This document shows positions 9,201-17,802 of a stretch of DNA of 59,730 nucleotides, piece after piece. The position numbers and the translations under genes were made by a program. The DNA comes from a virus (taxonomy: Duplodnaviria; Caudoviricetes). Numbering within the stretch: position 1 is the stretch's first letter; every line of letters begins with the position of its first letter. The stretch spans positions 1 through 59,730 of IMG/VR virus record IMGVR_UViG_3300024520_000076. One strand, given 5' to 3'. A model generated the notes under the pieces. It saw only the letters and a program-made list of their open reading frames with translations. It ran no database searches and was not told the origin of the DNA.

Positions 9201-12175
9201 GCGTGGGTGTCCCAATCAGTATGATTGAAATTATTAGAGTGAGCCAACAAATTCTGGGATGTGTTCGTGATCGGTGATAAAAGACTTATTTGATCGTTGT
9301 CATCAAAGCCAACCTCGACCTCCACGTTACTTTGATTCCTGCAACGCATTGCCTTTCCAGTGTAGCTCGAATTGATCTTACGGGTGCTGAAGCCTGTTGC
9401 AAGGGGGCTGACTTCTTTGATAGAGATGTTGTCTATCGACATTGTAGTACCACTACCTGCACTAATTCTTAGTGTTGTGTGATCATCGTTGTCCGTGTAG
9501 CTAAAGGTATTAGCTCCTAATGCGAGTTGAAACGAAACAGTGCTTCCGCTCCCTCTCGCTTCAATAAATGCTGACCCACCCGAAAGGGCAAGAACATCGC
9601 ACGTTATGTCATAAGTTTTACCATTTTGGAAAACAAACGCTTGATCCAAATTAGAAGAAGTTCCAGCAGCATGGGTAGCTATTCCATTTCCTGTAGTCCA
9701 ACCAGTACCCAGCGTCCAACCCCCTTCAACTACGGATACGTTGTCTACTACGCCCGTTGTGTCATTAGATGTAGCTGTAAAGATAAGACCAGTAGTAGTT
9801 GTGGCTGTAACTGTATGACTAAAAGTACCTGCCGAAGTTATGTAAGATCCTTCCACAACTCCTCCCAATGTACTCCTGATGCCTGATCCAGAAACAGAGT
9901 TGATCGTGTAGGTTACTGTGTACGTCTTCCCAACTTCGACAGTCATTCCAGTTGACGTTAACATTGTAGCTCCTGCCGTTGATGAATCAACAGAAGCGAC
10001 CCCACTCCCAATAGACCATCCAGATTGCTTAGTCCAATTGCTATCCGCATCGAATCCTCCATTAGTAACAAGCTCCGTAAAATCTCCACCAACTACCATC
10101 TCAACCGCATCGCATGAAACATCGAGGGGTAAGGTTGTTTGTTTGGAGGACGTATGGTAATCGCTTAAAGTTCCATCAGAAATTTCATTAGCTGTAAACG
10201 AACGCTCCGCAGAATCATAATCACGCCTCACGGTGCAGACGGGCGAGGCATCTCTACCCCCTCTCAAGGATCGAAGGCTGTGTGCGGCTTTGGCTCCCTT
10301 GTACTTGTCGAGAAGGAACGAGGAGTCTGTGAGTGATTGTAGCTTGGTGTTTGGTTGGCGTTTGTTGTAGTAGCGGAACCTTCTTATCCAACCCGTCCAA
10401 GGTGTTGATCCGTCCAGTGATCCTAAACGAATACGATCCGCATCTACAGGAAGATCCACGGATGTATCCGTTCTGATCGTATTCCCATCGAATGAATATG
10501 CAAAATCATCCTGCTTAATACCAAGTCCAGTTCTAAAAATTTCACCTCCACTTATAATATCACCAGAAGTTGAAGGTATATCCAAATCGCCTCCACTTAA
10601 ATCACTACTACTATATCCGTAAAAGAACTCATTCCCTGCGGAAGAGGTAAGTCGTATTGAGTTGCCAGTACTCCCATCATCCACTTGATACAAGCGATCC
10701 CAAGTACCTGACTTCCAGCCCTTTTGAACTTGGGCATCCATGACAATGGTTCCCTGAGACTGCTTATACCACCTACTGAAATTCGTGCCTGTTACAGAAA
10801 CAAGGTCGGCTGCTCTAGTGGCTGCTGCTCCGTATGTGGGGATTAAACTACTAGGAAAACTAGCAGCCTCTTCCTGTATTCCCCACAAACTAACATAAGC
10901 TGAAATATCTCCAGTGTAGTCGATATCGTCATCAGCGTCAGCAATTCCTATTCGTCCTGCTGCATATCCAGCAGTTGATCTATAGACCCAACAGCGATAC
11001 CAACCATTCCCTACGTCTTCCATTCCTGTTGCCCCAACACCATCCGTTGTGCCTACCTGTCCTGTTGCTAAATTAAAGAAGGCTTTTTCGGCTATTGCGC
11101 TTCCAGTCCAGATGTATGAATAAACCCAATCACGCAAGGCTCCCTTTTTAGCGTAGAATGACAAAGTGTTTGCGCTCGTTGACGCTGTATAATTAATTCG
11201 ATTGCCGTTAGGACTAGTGCCTTCATACAACCTATCCGCGTCCTTTAATCCTGAAGGTGAGACTGTTGCGTCAGCAACCCATGAAGAAGAATCTATGAGT
11301 GTATAGTTACCACTTAAATTAATTGCTTGTGTTTGTAAATTAACCCTCTGCTCCTCCACCAGAAGCCCCTTGCTGTTGCCGTCTTTGTCGTAGTCGAAGC
11401 GAGGTGCTTGGTAGGCTGATCCAGTAGTTATGTTGTATGTGGTTGGAGAATCATCCGTATTAATGGTTTTCTCTCCTTGCGCTCCGAAAATAAAAATACC
11501 ATCTGTTCCGTTCCCTGCATAAGCTCCATCTCTCGCTGCTGTACCACTATTCTGGAGTCCGATTCTGGGACAAGTTTCTCCAGATGCGGAAGTAGTGTCG
11601 GTCATTGAACATCTGTACCACCCATCAGTTCCAACGGCCTCGATCTTCGCTGTTGCTCCGCCCCCTGTCGCTGTAACTGCACCATTCGTTAGATCGAAGT
11701 TTGCGTGGTTGTCACCCCCTGCATAAGTAACATTTGTTAGAATCAACTGTAGAATATCTAATTCCGCTTTCTTAGCATACACGCTCCATGTGTAAATCGT
11801 CCCACTTCCACTTGTTGCAAAGCAGTCGAGCATGAGTTTAGAATTTGAGGCTGTGGATGCTTCAGCAAATTTGTAAGCTCCAGTGCCTCCAAATGGATCT
11901 ATTTCGCTACTAGCTGCTGCAGAAGCGTTATATTTAACCCAATCCGTATGGGCAAAATTTTCAGAGTAGGGAATTAAGTTATGAGGAGCATAAGCCACCA
12001 GCCCCGAACTGTTAGTCTGCGTGGCCCCTCCCGTTCCCGCCCCTCTGCTGAATTCTATATCTTGGTGAACATCCGCAATAGATGAACCCCCCGCCTTGAG
12101 AAATTTATAATCCCGTATAAGCGCATCAGTCCCCGCCTTGTTCGGAGACGTTAGAGAATGATTTACTCCTAACAT
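6236..12175 (-). CDS. Large fibre/adhesin with repeated carbohydrate-binding and LamG/ConA-like beta domains
   Basis: 1979 aa, G/S/T-rich. Repeated NLxxxSExF...GWYRCS...GAQxE, NGGF...DNVSIKE and WYDQxG...QP modules. Confidence 0.85.
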   Translation of the reverse strand: MLGVNHSLTSPNKAGTDALIRDYKFLKAGGSSIADVHQDIEFSRGAGTGGATQTNSSGLVAYAPHNLIPYSENFAHTDWVKYNASAAASSEIDPFGGTGAYKFAEASTASNSKLMLDCFATSGSGTIYTWSVYAKKAELDILQLILTNVTYAGGDNHANFDLTNGAVTATGGGATAKIEAVGTDGWYRCSMTDTTSASGETCPRIGLQNSGTAARDGAYAGNGTDGIFIFGAQGEKTINTDDSPTTYNITTGSAYQAPRFDYDKDGNSKGLLVEEQRVNLQTQAINLSGNYTLIDSSSWVADATVSPSGLKDADRLYEGTSPNGNRINYTASTSANTLSFYAKKGALRDWVYSYIWTGSAIAEKAFFNLATGQVGTTDGVGATGMEDVGNGWYRCWVYRSTAGYAAGRIGIADADDDIDYTGDISAYVSLWGIQEEAASFPSSLIPTYGAAATRAADLVSVTGTNFSRWYKQSQGTIVMDAQVQKGWKSGTWDRLYQVDDGSTGNSIRLTSSAGNEFFYGYSSSDLSGGDLDIPSTSGDIISGGEIFRTGLGIKQDDFAYSFDGNTIRTDTSVDLPVDADRIRLGSLDGSTPWTGWIRRFRYYNKRQPNTKLQSLTDSSFLLDKYKGAKAAHSLRSLRGGRDASPVCTVRRDYDSAERSFTANEISDGTLSDYHTSSKQTTLPLDVSCDAVEMVVGGDFTELVTNGGFDADSNWTKQSGWSIGSGVASVDSSTAGATMLTSTGMTVEVGKTYTVTYTINSVSGSGIRSTLGGVVEGSYITSAGTFSHTVTATTTTGLIFTATSNDTTGVVDNVSVVEGGWTLGTGWTTGNGIATHAAGTSSNLDQAFVFQNGKTYDITCDVLALSGGSAFIEARGSGSTVSFQLALGANTFSYTDNDDHTTLRISAGSGTTMSIDNISIKEVSPLATGFSTRKINSSYTGKAMRCRNQSNVEVEVGFDDNDQISLLSPITNTSQNLLAHSNNFNHTDWDTHAHMTSNAAVSPTGAMNASEINGTSAIYDSLGGTLSNITISIYAKKNTTDFLTLSGGNPTALSATFDLTDGTVAQTVGASNPQVSDEGNGWYRCSVRVATGNYIQFSARATGAYNGTLVGGVYVYGAQVEDTLYESTGTDVTLDGTFSNGYSNWASTNAILVSIANNFANYATDSTQGVQQSNRLTLGKKYKVTFTISDYVSGGVKVRHPFLGNFKSANGTYIVEGVADSDDLYFQSNGATTLKLSDIEVLEYDPELSSYSQTPAIADDDSSTTATTLGGFAGNENLVTHSEDITNYWGLQSAYRTADVTFAPDGVSATADLVYPASTGSGRGLVKNLGTTLEAGKEYTLSAYLKKDGYSHAKFQGLLNNVGSSAWFDLENGVVSSVAGGGITQTSISWAGNNWWRCSFTITASGTGAGDYLYIQTADANGTETSTASGSSGMYVWGCQLNSKAVSDLSQLYYEPTSGTAKTADCMVVNWYDQNGGEDFVQSVAADQPRIVMGSELVTDSGGKASLYFDASDHLDNKSLGGQQRLDGYFVTDITDDHYVLLSDSTGSRAAYNVEDGDTVNPAIHASYGTPNIYVNGTAVSGTSRDALYEDSTGHSLVTTDNATTATWGEISIGGNWQGLVLVGKVSELVFFPNMDSSPKRFPIEQNMLNHFGVNFVGNGGFDTDTLWTKNADWTISGGTANSDGSGVGRVYQHAGITAGKTYKVDIEVISITSGTVDLQFYDGSFQTITSGLALGTSTHSFTVPSASSPNGYFYVKSNSFVGSIDNVSIKEYGTDGYLTTLYDQTGNNCHATQDTASYQPQLVSGGDVITSGGKPAFEFTQTSPSYSNLEMNGINAARLDAWFVADTSSTQYIYPSAYNNGGKHGWITEDGDSNINAHLDYGGEPVRLYANGTLVGGYDITRDAVHTGLNGRKLVHHQDADTEDWSTIEVGWYGEGPVVGGHIPWSYEGKMSEMIWYDSDQSSNRTAIDSAINSYYSIY

Positions 12176-12457
12176 TTATGCTGCGTGGTAGCAAAGAGCG
12201 GACCCACTAGTTAAAGTAACTTTAGAAAATTGACCGTAAATAGTAACCCCCGCAGGGAATACGTCAGAATCAAATAAGCCACCATTATCGGTAAGCTCAG
12301 GCCAGATAGTATCAGTTCCTTCAGCACTAAAGACGGTATCACTTATAAAAGTAATGGCGCATATATCTTTAGTTATAGTCAATTCACTCCCAGACCCAGA
12401 TAGGTAAGTAGCTCCCGCTTGCCCGAAGGATTGTTTATCAATATTGTTTGTTGCCAT
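12176..12457 (-). CDS. Small virion protein
   Basis: 93 aa, FPAGVTIYGQFSKVTLTSGSALCY, immediately upstream of the fibre gene. Confidence 0.6.
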   Translation of the reverse strand: MATNNIDKQSFGQAGATYLSGSGSELTITKDICAITFISDTVFSAEGTDTIWPELTDNGGLFDSDVFPAGVTIYGQFSKVTLTSGSALCYHAA

Positions 12458-12482
12458 GTTTATTTAGTTTATTGTTAAATTG

Positions 12483-13523
12483 TTAGTACATTCCTGACAT
12501 ACCCGCACCCACACCATCGGGAGCAATATGTAAAGTTGGTTTTGCAGCACCTCTGTATGAATCCATGTCTGCTTCTAAAAGTTCTTTGACCACACCCCAA
12601 TGGTACATGGCCCGTTGTGCGTCTGCGTTGTCTTCCGACAGCTTGCCCAATAAGGCATGTTTTAAAATTGAGTTAGATGGTATATACACTAAGTCAGAAG
12701 TGCTATCCACATCAACCCATCGTTTCTTTAAAAGCATATGGGCTGAAGAAGAAGAGTTAGTACCACCTATGCGGTATCTCCTGTATCTCGATACCCCGTT
12801 GTTTGTATTTATATCGGCTAAAATTAAATCTTTTGTGGAATCTGTGGCAGCATCTCCTCCTGCTGTCCCTTTATAAATAGCTTGTATCCGAACAGGGTGG
12901 TCTGCCGTCATATCTTTCCACCGCAGAGATAAAACTTTAGTTACATCATGGTGTGCTCCAGTAAAATCAGCGGCAAATACAATAGATGCCATACTAAGAG
13001 AAGCCTCTGTATATGAATCACTCTCTAAAACAGTTTCCCCTCCTGTCAAAGCCCCTGACCCAGTAGTAGCATCTGAATACCTGCGATAACGTGCAGTTAG
13101 TGTTCCAGCAGCAGGTCCAGCGGAATATGGAGCTTTTAAGGTATTAAAACGGATTGTATACTCACTAGAGGAATCAAGATCCCTGTAAGTAGGGGCGTAC
13201 CCATCATCAATGAAAGAGGATAAAATTGTAGTGTCTTGGGCATTAGTACCAAAAAGTTTGTAGTCATGCCATATAGAGCGTGTTGGAGTGGGGTTATTAT
13301 CAATAATAGCGGCTACTATCGAATCCGTATCCTGTGGTAAGGACACATAACCAGCAGAGGCATCCTGTGTATGCTCTACAAGCATCTCCCGCCAATACCC
13401 CATTTTGTATATACGGGGCATGACCTCGTTTAAGGCAGCTCTAAAGTCAGATTCCGTTGAATCAGAGGCATCTAGATACTGCCCATGAGTTGAGAATAAT
13501 TGGTTTGTAGTCTTGGCTGGCAC
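12483..13523 (-). CDS. Putative tail/adaptor structural protein
   Basis: 346 aa in structural block. Helical termini (ALNEVMPRIY; AMYHWGVVKELL) around a beta core. Confidence 0.55.
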   Translation of the reverse strand: MPAKTTNQLFSTHGQYLDASDSTESDFRAALNEVMPRIYKMGYWREMLVEHTQDASAGYVSLPQDTDSIVAAIIDNNPTPTRSIWHDYKLFGTNAQDTTILSSFIDDGYAPTYRDLDSSSEYTIRFNTLKAPYSAGPAAGTLTARYRRYSDATTGSGALTGGETVLESDSYTEASLSMASIVFAADFTGAHHDVTKVLSLRWKDMTADHPVRIQAIYKGTAGGDAATDSTKDLILADINTNNGVSRYRRYRIGGTNSSSSAHMLLKKRWVDVDSTSDLVYIPSNSILKHALLGKLSEDNADAQRAMYHWGVVKELLEADMDSYRGAAKPTLHIAPDGVGAGMSGMY

Positions 13524-13531
13524 GGTCTGTA

Positions 13532-13559
13532 AATATAGATGGTTTTTAGCTTAATTCAA
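13532..13559 (-). promoter_or_regulatory. Putative promoter, near-leaderless
   Basis: TTGAAT-N16-TATATT-N8-GTG(13523). Confidence 0.55.
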
Positions 13560-13574
13560 CACCCTGAAATCAAG

Positions 13575-13835
13575 TTAATCGTCAGTGTAAAATACCACAG
13601 GGACCATGTAATCAGGGCGGTTTGTATTCACGAAATAGGACGATCTGTGCCTCCCTTCCAATAGTTCAGAAGAACGGCCTCTCGCTATGTAAACTTTAGC
13701 GGGATTATCTGCCTCCCATCCACAATCCAAGCTATCTCTGGTTTCCTTGGGTAAATAATCGATTTTAATCTCTTTCAAGGAGTGAAGAGAATTTAATACA
13801 CCAGCCGATAATATCCCAGTTCCCACTTGTCGCAT
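13575..13835 (-). CDS. Hypothetical protein
   Basis: 86 aa, abuts the upstream stop codon. Confidence 0.55.
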   Translation of the reverse strand: MRQVGTGILSAGVLNSLHSLKEIKIDYLPKETRDSLDCGWEADNPAKVYIARGRSSELLEGRHRSSYFVNTNRPDYMVPVVFYTDD

Positions 13836-14999
13836 CTACACAGTAACGTCTAAACCGTCATTAGGGGCATTCAAGTCTGCCACATTAACATCCTCATCAA
13901 CCCCGTGGTCAGCGGGGTATGCCCTAGTTGGGTCAGACCCATTATCAATAGTATGGGAATTTAGGTTATATGTAGGACAATCAAAGCGCCACCACTCCAC
14001 CCTAGCAAAAGGTGTCGAAGTAGAATCATCTATGTAAATTGACCCCCAAGGGAATACACGCACTGTGTCTGTGTTCCTCCAATCATCATGGCGTACAGAA
14101 ATAGGCAGCGCTGCTGGGTCATCATCGTCAGCAGCTTTAACCACTAATATCTCAGGAGCTGTTGTTACATGGTAATTCCTTTCTGCTAGGGGGACATAAG
14201 CTGCGGGGTCAGTTATCCCTTGGCTCCCTGTCCCAAAGGGAGTGCCTTCGTTATGTTTAAGCTTTATATTTAAATTAATGTCGTGTGTATGTGTAGTAAT
14301 TGAATGGAGATGTGAACGGAAATCATTATCATCACCCCCTGAAACATCCCCCGTAGACCCAGTATTAACTGTCCCGTTAATACCATCAGTAATTAGTTGA
14401 TCGTTGCTATTGTCGGCCTTAACAGCTTGTAAAGGAGGGAATTCTACTTTAACTCCTGAAAAAGCACCACTCCCGTCTGCTCGTCTTGCTATTATATTAT
14501 CATCTGCGACACAAGTCACTTTAAGGTAAATAATGTTATACTCCCCCTCCGCTAAAAGCAGTCTGGGTTTTCTTTCAACATACCCCCCAAACTTATCCAC
14601 ATCATTTATAGCTTTAAGGGTCGAAGTATGATCAGTTATAGTAGGGCGAAAGGGCCACGCTTCATTCCAGTGATTATGCCAAATAGTTGCTTGAGTCCCT
14701 GTGGCTACAGGCAAAAACACAACACCTGAAGTTTCAAAATCAAAATACCACTGCCCATCTTCTGCATCTTGGAAGACGTTAGGCTGGAAGGGCATAATCG
14801 GAGCCGTAGCAGGCTCTTCAGGAATATTAGGTGACTCAGAAGAAGAAGAACCCCCATACTGGTTGTTTACTTGTGTGCCAACATGAGGAGGAAAACGAGG
14901 GTAGTCGAAATCTGGTAGCCCTTGGTCTGGAGTAGCGCCGAATGGCCCAGTACCTAAAAAAGATTTATCTGCGGGAGTATTATCATTTGGGTTAGCCAT
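13836..14999 (-). CDS. Putative tail structural protein
   Basis: Start MANPND preferred. Contains HLHSITTHTH, a His motif typical of needle/fibre tips. Confidence 0.55.
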   Translation of the reverse strand: MANPNDNTPADKSFLGTGPFGATPDQGLPDFDYPRFPPHVGTQVNNQYGGSSSSESPNIPEEPATAPIMPFQPNVFQDAEDGQWYFDFETSGVVFLPVATGTQATIWHNHWNEAWPFRPTITDHTSTLKAINDVDKFGGYVERKPRLLLAEGEYNIIYLKVTCVADDNIIARRADGSGAFSGVKVEFPPLQAVKADNSNDQLITDGINGTVNTGSTGDVSGGDDNDFRSHLHSITTHTHDINLNIKLKHNEGTPFGTGSQGITDPAAYVPLAERNYHVTTAPEILVVKAADDDDPAALPISVRHDDWRNTDTVRVFPWGSIYIDDSTSTPFARVEWWRFDCPTYNLNSHTIDNGSDPTRAYPADHGVDEDVNVADLNAPNDGLDVTV

Positions 15000-15003
15000 A
15001 ACT

Positions 15004-16515
15004 CTATGATGTATTAAAAGGAGCATGTGCTGTTAAGCGCTCCCTTAAATAGCCTCCCCTAAAAGGTTTTTGTGAATCTGAAATAACAATACCATCAGTA
15101 GGCCAGTCAGTATAATCCCCCGTAGACATGAAAATTCTTTGTGTCCCTGTGTATTCATATATAGGATGGTTAGTCCCCGAAGTAGCTGTGAAAAATACAT
15201 CTGGGTGTAACGTGGGCTTAATTTGAAGCTTTACAATGGGGGTCGTAAACTCGATGGGGCGGGGTAACATTGGCTTTAGTTTTTGTAAACTCGTAGCCGA
15301 AAAAGTGGTCGATGTAGGTTCAGTGAAAGCAGAATCTTTCCAATAAAGCTCAACAAGCATTTTAGTTGGCCCTCTATAGTCATCACGCTTAAACACAGGG
15401 TATACAACAGTGTCCGTTCCTTTGTTATTTTTTCTGGCCCAATGCTCGGCATCAACTGGACCTCCATTGTCAGTATCTAAAACTGCGGGCCATGAATAAT
15501 CTTGGGAGGTATAATAAAAATTAACACGGCCCTCAACTGAAGGATTATCCCCCGCCTCGCTATTATCCCGCTGCGTCTTAATGATTTCCCTCTCTGCAAC
15601 AGCGTACCAATTATTCGATAGCTGCCTCACTTCACGGAAGATGCCAAAGTACGAGTCAGCGGTAGTCGTCGAGCTCCCGTCAGTAGGGTATGCTTCTCTA
15701 AAAGTACCCCACATGTCACTTTGATCTTTTCCTTTCTTAGCTGCTACATCAACAGTCGGAGTTCCGCTAAGTGCCGCCATAACATCGGAATCAGCAGTTC
15801 CATCGGCATCGCTATCATTCTGATGAAAACGAACAGTTTTTTGTAAGGTTTCTCCCGTGTAGTACAAAGTCTCTTTAGAGCGTAGAGGAACGGAAAACTC
15901 AGGGTCTATGTCAATACTTCTAATAGGGACTTTCTTTACATATACACGTTGCTCAACAACGTACAAAGAATCTAAGGTAGTGTCCCCAGAGCGAACTTGT
16001 TTCTTTTCAAATAGTATATACCCCGTATCTGGGGTTGTTGAACTACCCAACCCACCACCAAAAGGATCGTGTATTGTTGAGGGCATAGTTGAATTTAAAA
16101 CAGGTAGATTTTCATCAAAAACATCAGTACCTCCTGTTTGAGAACCTCCTAAAGCCCCATCAGTACCTGAACCATATCGGGGCATAACATAAGTACGGAC
16201 TACGGAATCATAACGCATCGACCCAACACCAGCAGCTTGGAACTCCCAGTTGTACTTATCCTGCTCGGCTCTGTCCGTAACATAGTACCAATACTGAAGC
16301 TGCCCCTGTTTGTCATCGGCATTTTTAATATGCGCGAGTTTAAAATTAGGGAATTTATCTGTGTTAGGATGAGCAGTACCATACGCAGTGTTATCAGCAG
16401 CCCCCGCAGACCCGACATTCTTGCTAGCATCAACTACCTCAACTATAACTAAATCCGCAACCTTCGGGGTCGCAAATTCAATTACCCGCTGCCTTCTGTT
16501 TGATGATACAGGCAT
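15004..16515 (-). CDS. Putative tail structural protein
   Basis: 503 aa, beta-rich, YGTAHP motif, in structural operon. Confidence 0.55.
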   Translation of the reverse strand: MPVSSNRRQRVIEFATPKVADLVIVEVVDASKNVGSAGAADNTAYGTAHPNTDKFPNFKLAHIKNADDKQGQLQYWYYVTDRAEQDKYNWEFQAAGVGSMRYDSVVRTYVMPRYGSGTDGALGGSQTGGTDVFDENLPVLNSTMPSTIHDPFGGGLGSSTTPDTGYILFEKKQVRSGDTTLDSLYVVEQRVYVKKVPIRSIDIDPEFSVPLRSKETLYYTGETLQKTVRFHQNDSDADGTADSDVMAALSGTPTVDVAAKKGKDQSDMWGTFREAYPTDGSSTTTADSYFGIFREVRQLSNNWYAVAEREIIKTQRDNSEAGDNPSVEGRVNFYYTSQDYSWPAVLDTDNGGPVDAEHWARKNNKGTDTVVYPVFKRDDYRGPTKMLVELYWKDSAFTEPTSTTFSATSLQKLKPMLPRPIEFTTPIVKLQIKPTLHPDVFFTATSGTNHPIYEYTGTQRIFMSTGDYTDWPTDGIVISDSQKPFRGGYLRERLTAHAPFNTS

Positions 16516-16521
16516 TATGTA

Positions 16522-17064
16522 TTATGAAGAATTACCAAGGGCAACTACCTTAACTACATCACTTACAGTTGTGAAAGTGAAGTTCGTTGTTAAAGAAGTT
16601 GTGTTTGTTAACCTAGGTACTAATAAAGCAGAAGCTCCTGAGCTTCCTAGAATAATATCTCCTAAAGCATTAGTGTTACTTGCAATAGTTATTGTGCCTG
16701 TATTGGTTGAAGGTGCTTCATAATAAACAGCTACTATTTTAACAATCACAGGAACATCCGTCATCGAGGGGTCTTGTAACACCGAAGCCGTAGCTTTAGC
16801 TCCCCCGTATGCCTGACTGCAATTTAGATTCCCATCAGAATTGCTGGCAAATAAACAAGGCTTATTTGAAAACCCTGCCTCGTCATTTTTCCACTGGATA
16901 GTAACATTATTGTCTGTGTCAGTACACTTTATAGCTATGTCAAAACCAATGTCACACGCATCAGTTACCGTGTTCCTCCCCCCAATAGGTATACTTTTTA
17001 CAATACCCTGAGCTGTTAGGTCAGCAGATACTTGCTGGTTTATATTTACAGAAGTAAGAGCCAT
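16522..17064 (-). CDS. Putative virion protein
   Basis: 180 aa, T/S/V-rich. Confidence 0.55.
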   Translation of the reverse strand: MALTSVNINQQVSADLTAQGIVKSIPIGGRNTVTDACDIGFDIAIKCTDTDNNVTIQWKNDEAGFSNKPCLFASNSDGNLNCSQAYGGAKATASVLQDPSMTDVPVIVKIVAVYYEAPSTNTGTITIASNTNALGDIILGSSGASALLVPRLTNTTSLTTNFTFTTVSDVVKVVALGNSS

Positions 17065-17069
17065 AATAG

Positions 17070-17471
17070 TTAAGCTGTATTAGCAGCCTCCCTGAATATC
17101 ATAATAGCTGCTTCAGAAGGACTGATCTCACCAGCAGCAATCGCCGCAGCAAGCTCAGGCATCTCAGCCAATAACTCTTTTAAATCCTGAAACTGTTCCT
17201 GCGCCTGTTCCGATTCATCCATCTCCTCACCGTAAATCGACTCAAAAAGATCAACGATCATTTCATCGCTGGGCATCTGTACGTCTTCAGGCTGTTCTGG
17301 TTCTGGTTCCTGCACTGCCTCCTCCACAGAAAGGTCATCCCCTTCTTCTGGTAATACGCTGACAAGCTCATCGAGCATTGCGTCAGCACTTAGCTCCCCT
17401 TCGGCAGCCACTTCAGCCGCCGCTATCCCTTCGGGAGTATAATTAAATTTTTGTCCTGCTACTTCTGGCAT
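17070..17471 (-). CDS. Highly acidic hypothetical protein
   Basis: 133 aa, MPEVAGQKFNYTPEG start, E/D-rich. Confidence 0.6.
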   Translation of the reverse strand: MPEVAGQKFNYTPEGIAAAEVAAEGELSADAMLDELVSVLPEEGDDLSVEEAVQEPEPEQPEDVQMPSDEMIVDLFESIYGEEMDESEQAQEQFQDLKELLAEMPELAAAIAAGEISPSEAAIMIFREAANTA

Positions 17472-17493
17472 AATAATTAATTGGTTATAAATA

Positions 17494-17537
17494 AATAACC
17501 CCGATCCCCTGCTTTATCAAGAGGATCAGGGATTATT
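17494..17537 (-). terminator. Possible intrinsic terminator
   Basis: Imperfect hairpin AATAACCCCGATCC...GGATCAGGGATTATT, followed by a T-rich run on the minus strand. Confidence 0.4.
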
Positions 17538-17557
17538 GTGAATTGTGTTGGTGCTAA

Positions 17558-17731
17558 TTAATTATCACCAAGTTGTCCAGCATCAAGGGCATCAAGAGCA
17601 ACAATTAACTCAGCAATGGTAATAGACTTAGGTTTTTGTTCTGAGTCATCATAAATCTGAACAATATCAGAAAGTGTGACACTAGTCCCAGCCATCGTTT
17701 CAATTGTAGGCGCATCATCTAAAGTAGGCAT
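17558..17731 (-). CDS. Small acidic protein, possible capsid accessory (57 aa, not in ORF track)
   Basis: MPTLDDAPTIETMAGTSVTLSDIVQIYDDSEQKPKSITIAELIVALDALDAGQLGDN, with an A-rich leader, between two hairpins after the capsid gene. Confidence 0.65.
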   Translation of the reverse strand: MPTLDDAPTIETMAGTSVTLSDIVQIYDDSEQKPKSITIAELIVALDALDAGQLGDN

Positions 17732-17744
17732 AATTTTTTTCTAT

Positions 17745-17793
17745 TTAAATTAAAATTAAAGTTATGCGGGGCTCCGTTTTACGGGAACCCCGC
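17745..17793 (-). terminator. Intrinsic terminator after major capsid gene
   Basis: GC-rich hairpin 17766-17793 (GCGGGGCTCCGT-TTT-ACGGGAACCCCGC), then AT-rich tract. Confidence 0.6.
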
Positions 17794-17802
17794 CTTAGAT
17801 AA

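Noticed and set aside
6236-12175. Diversity-generating retroelement target
   Set aside because: No reverse transcriptase gene and no template/variable repeat pair seen.
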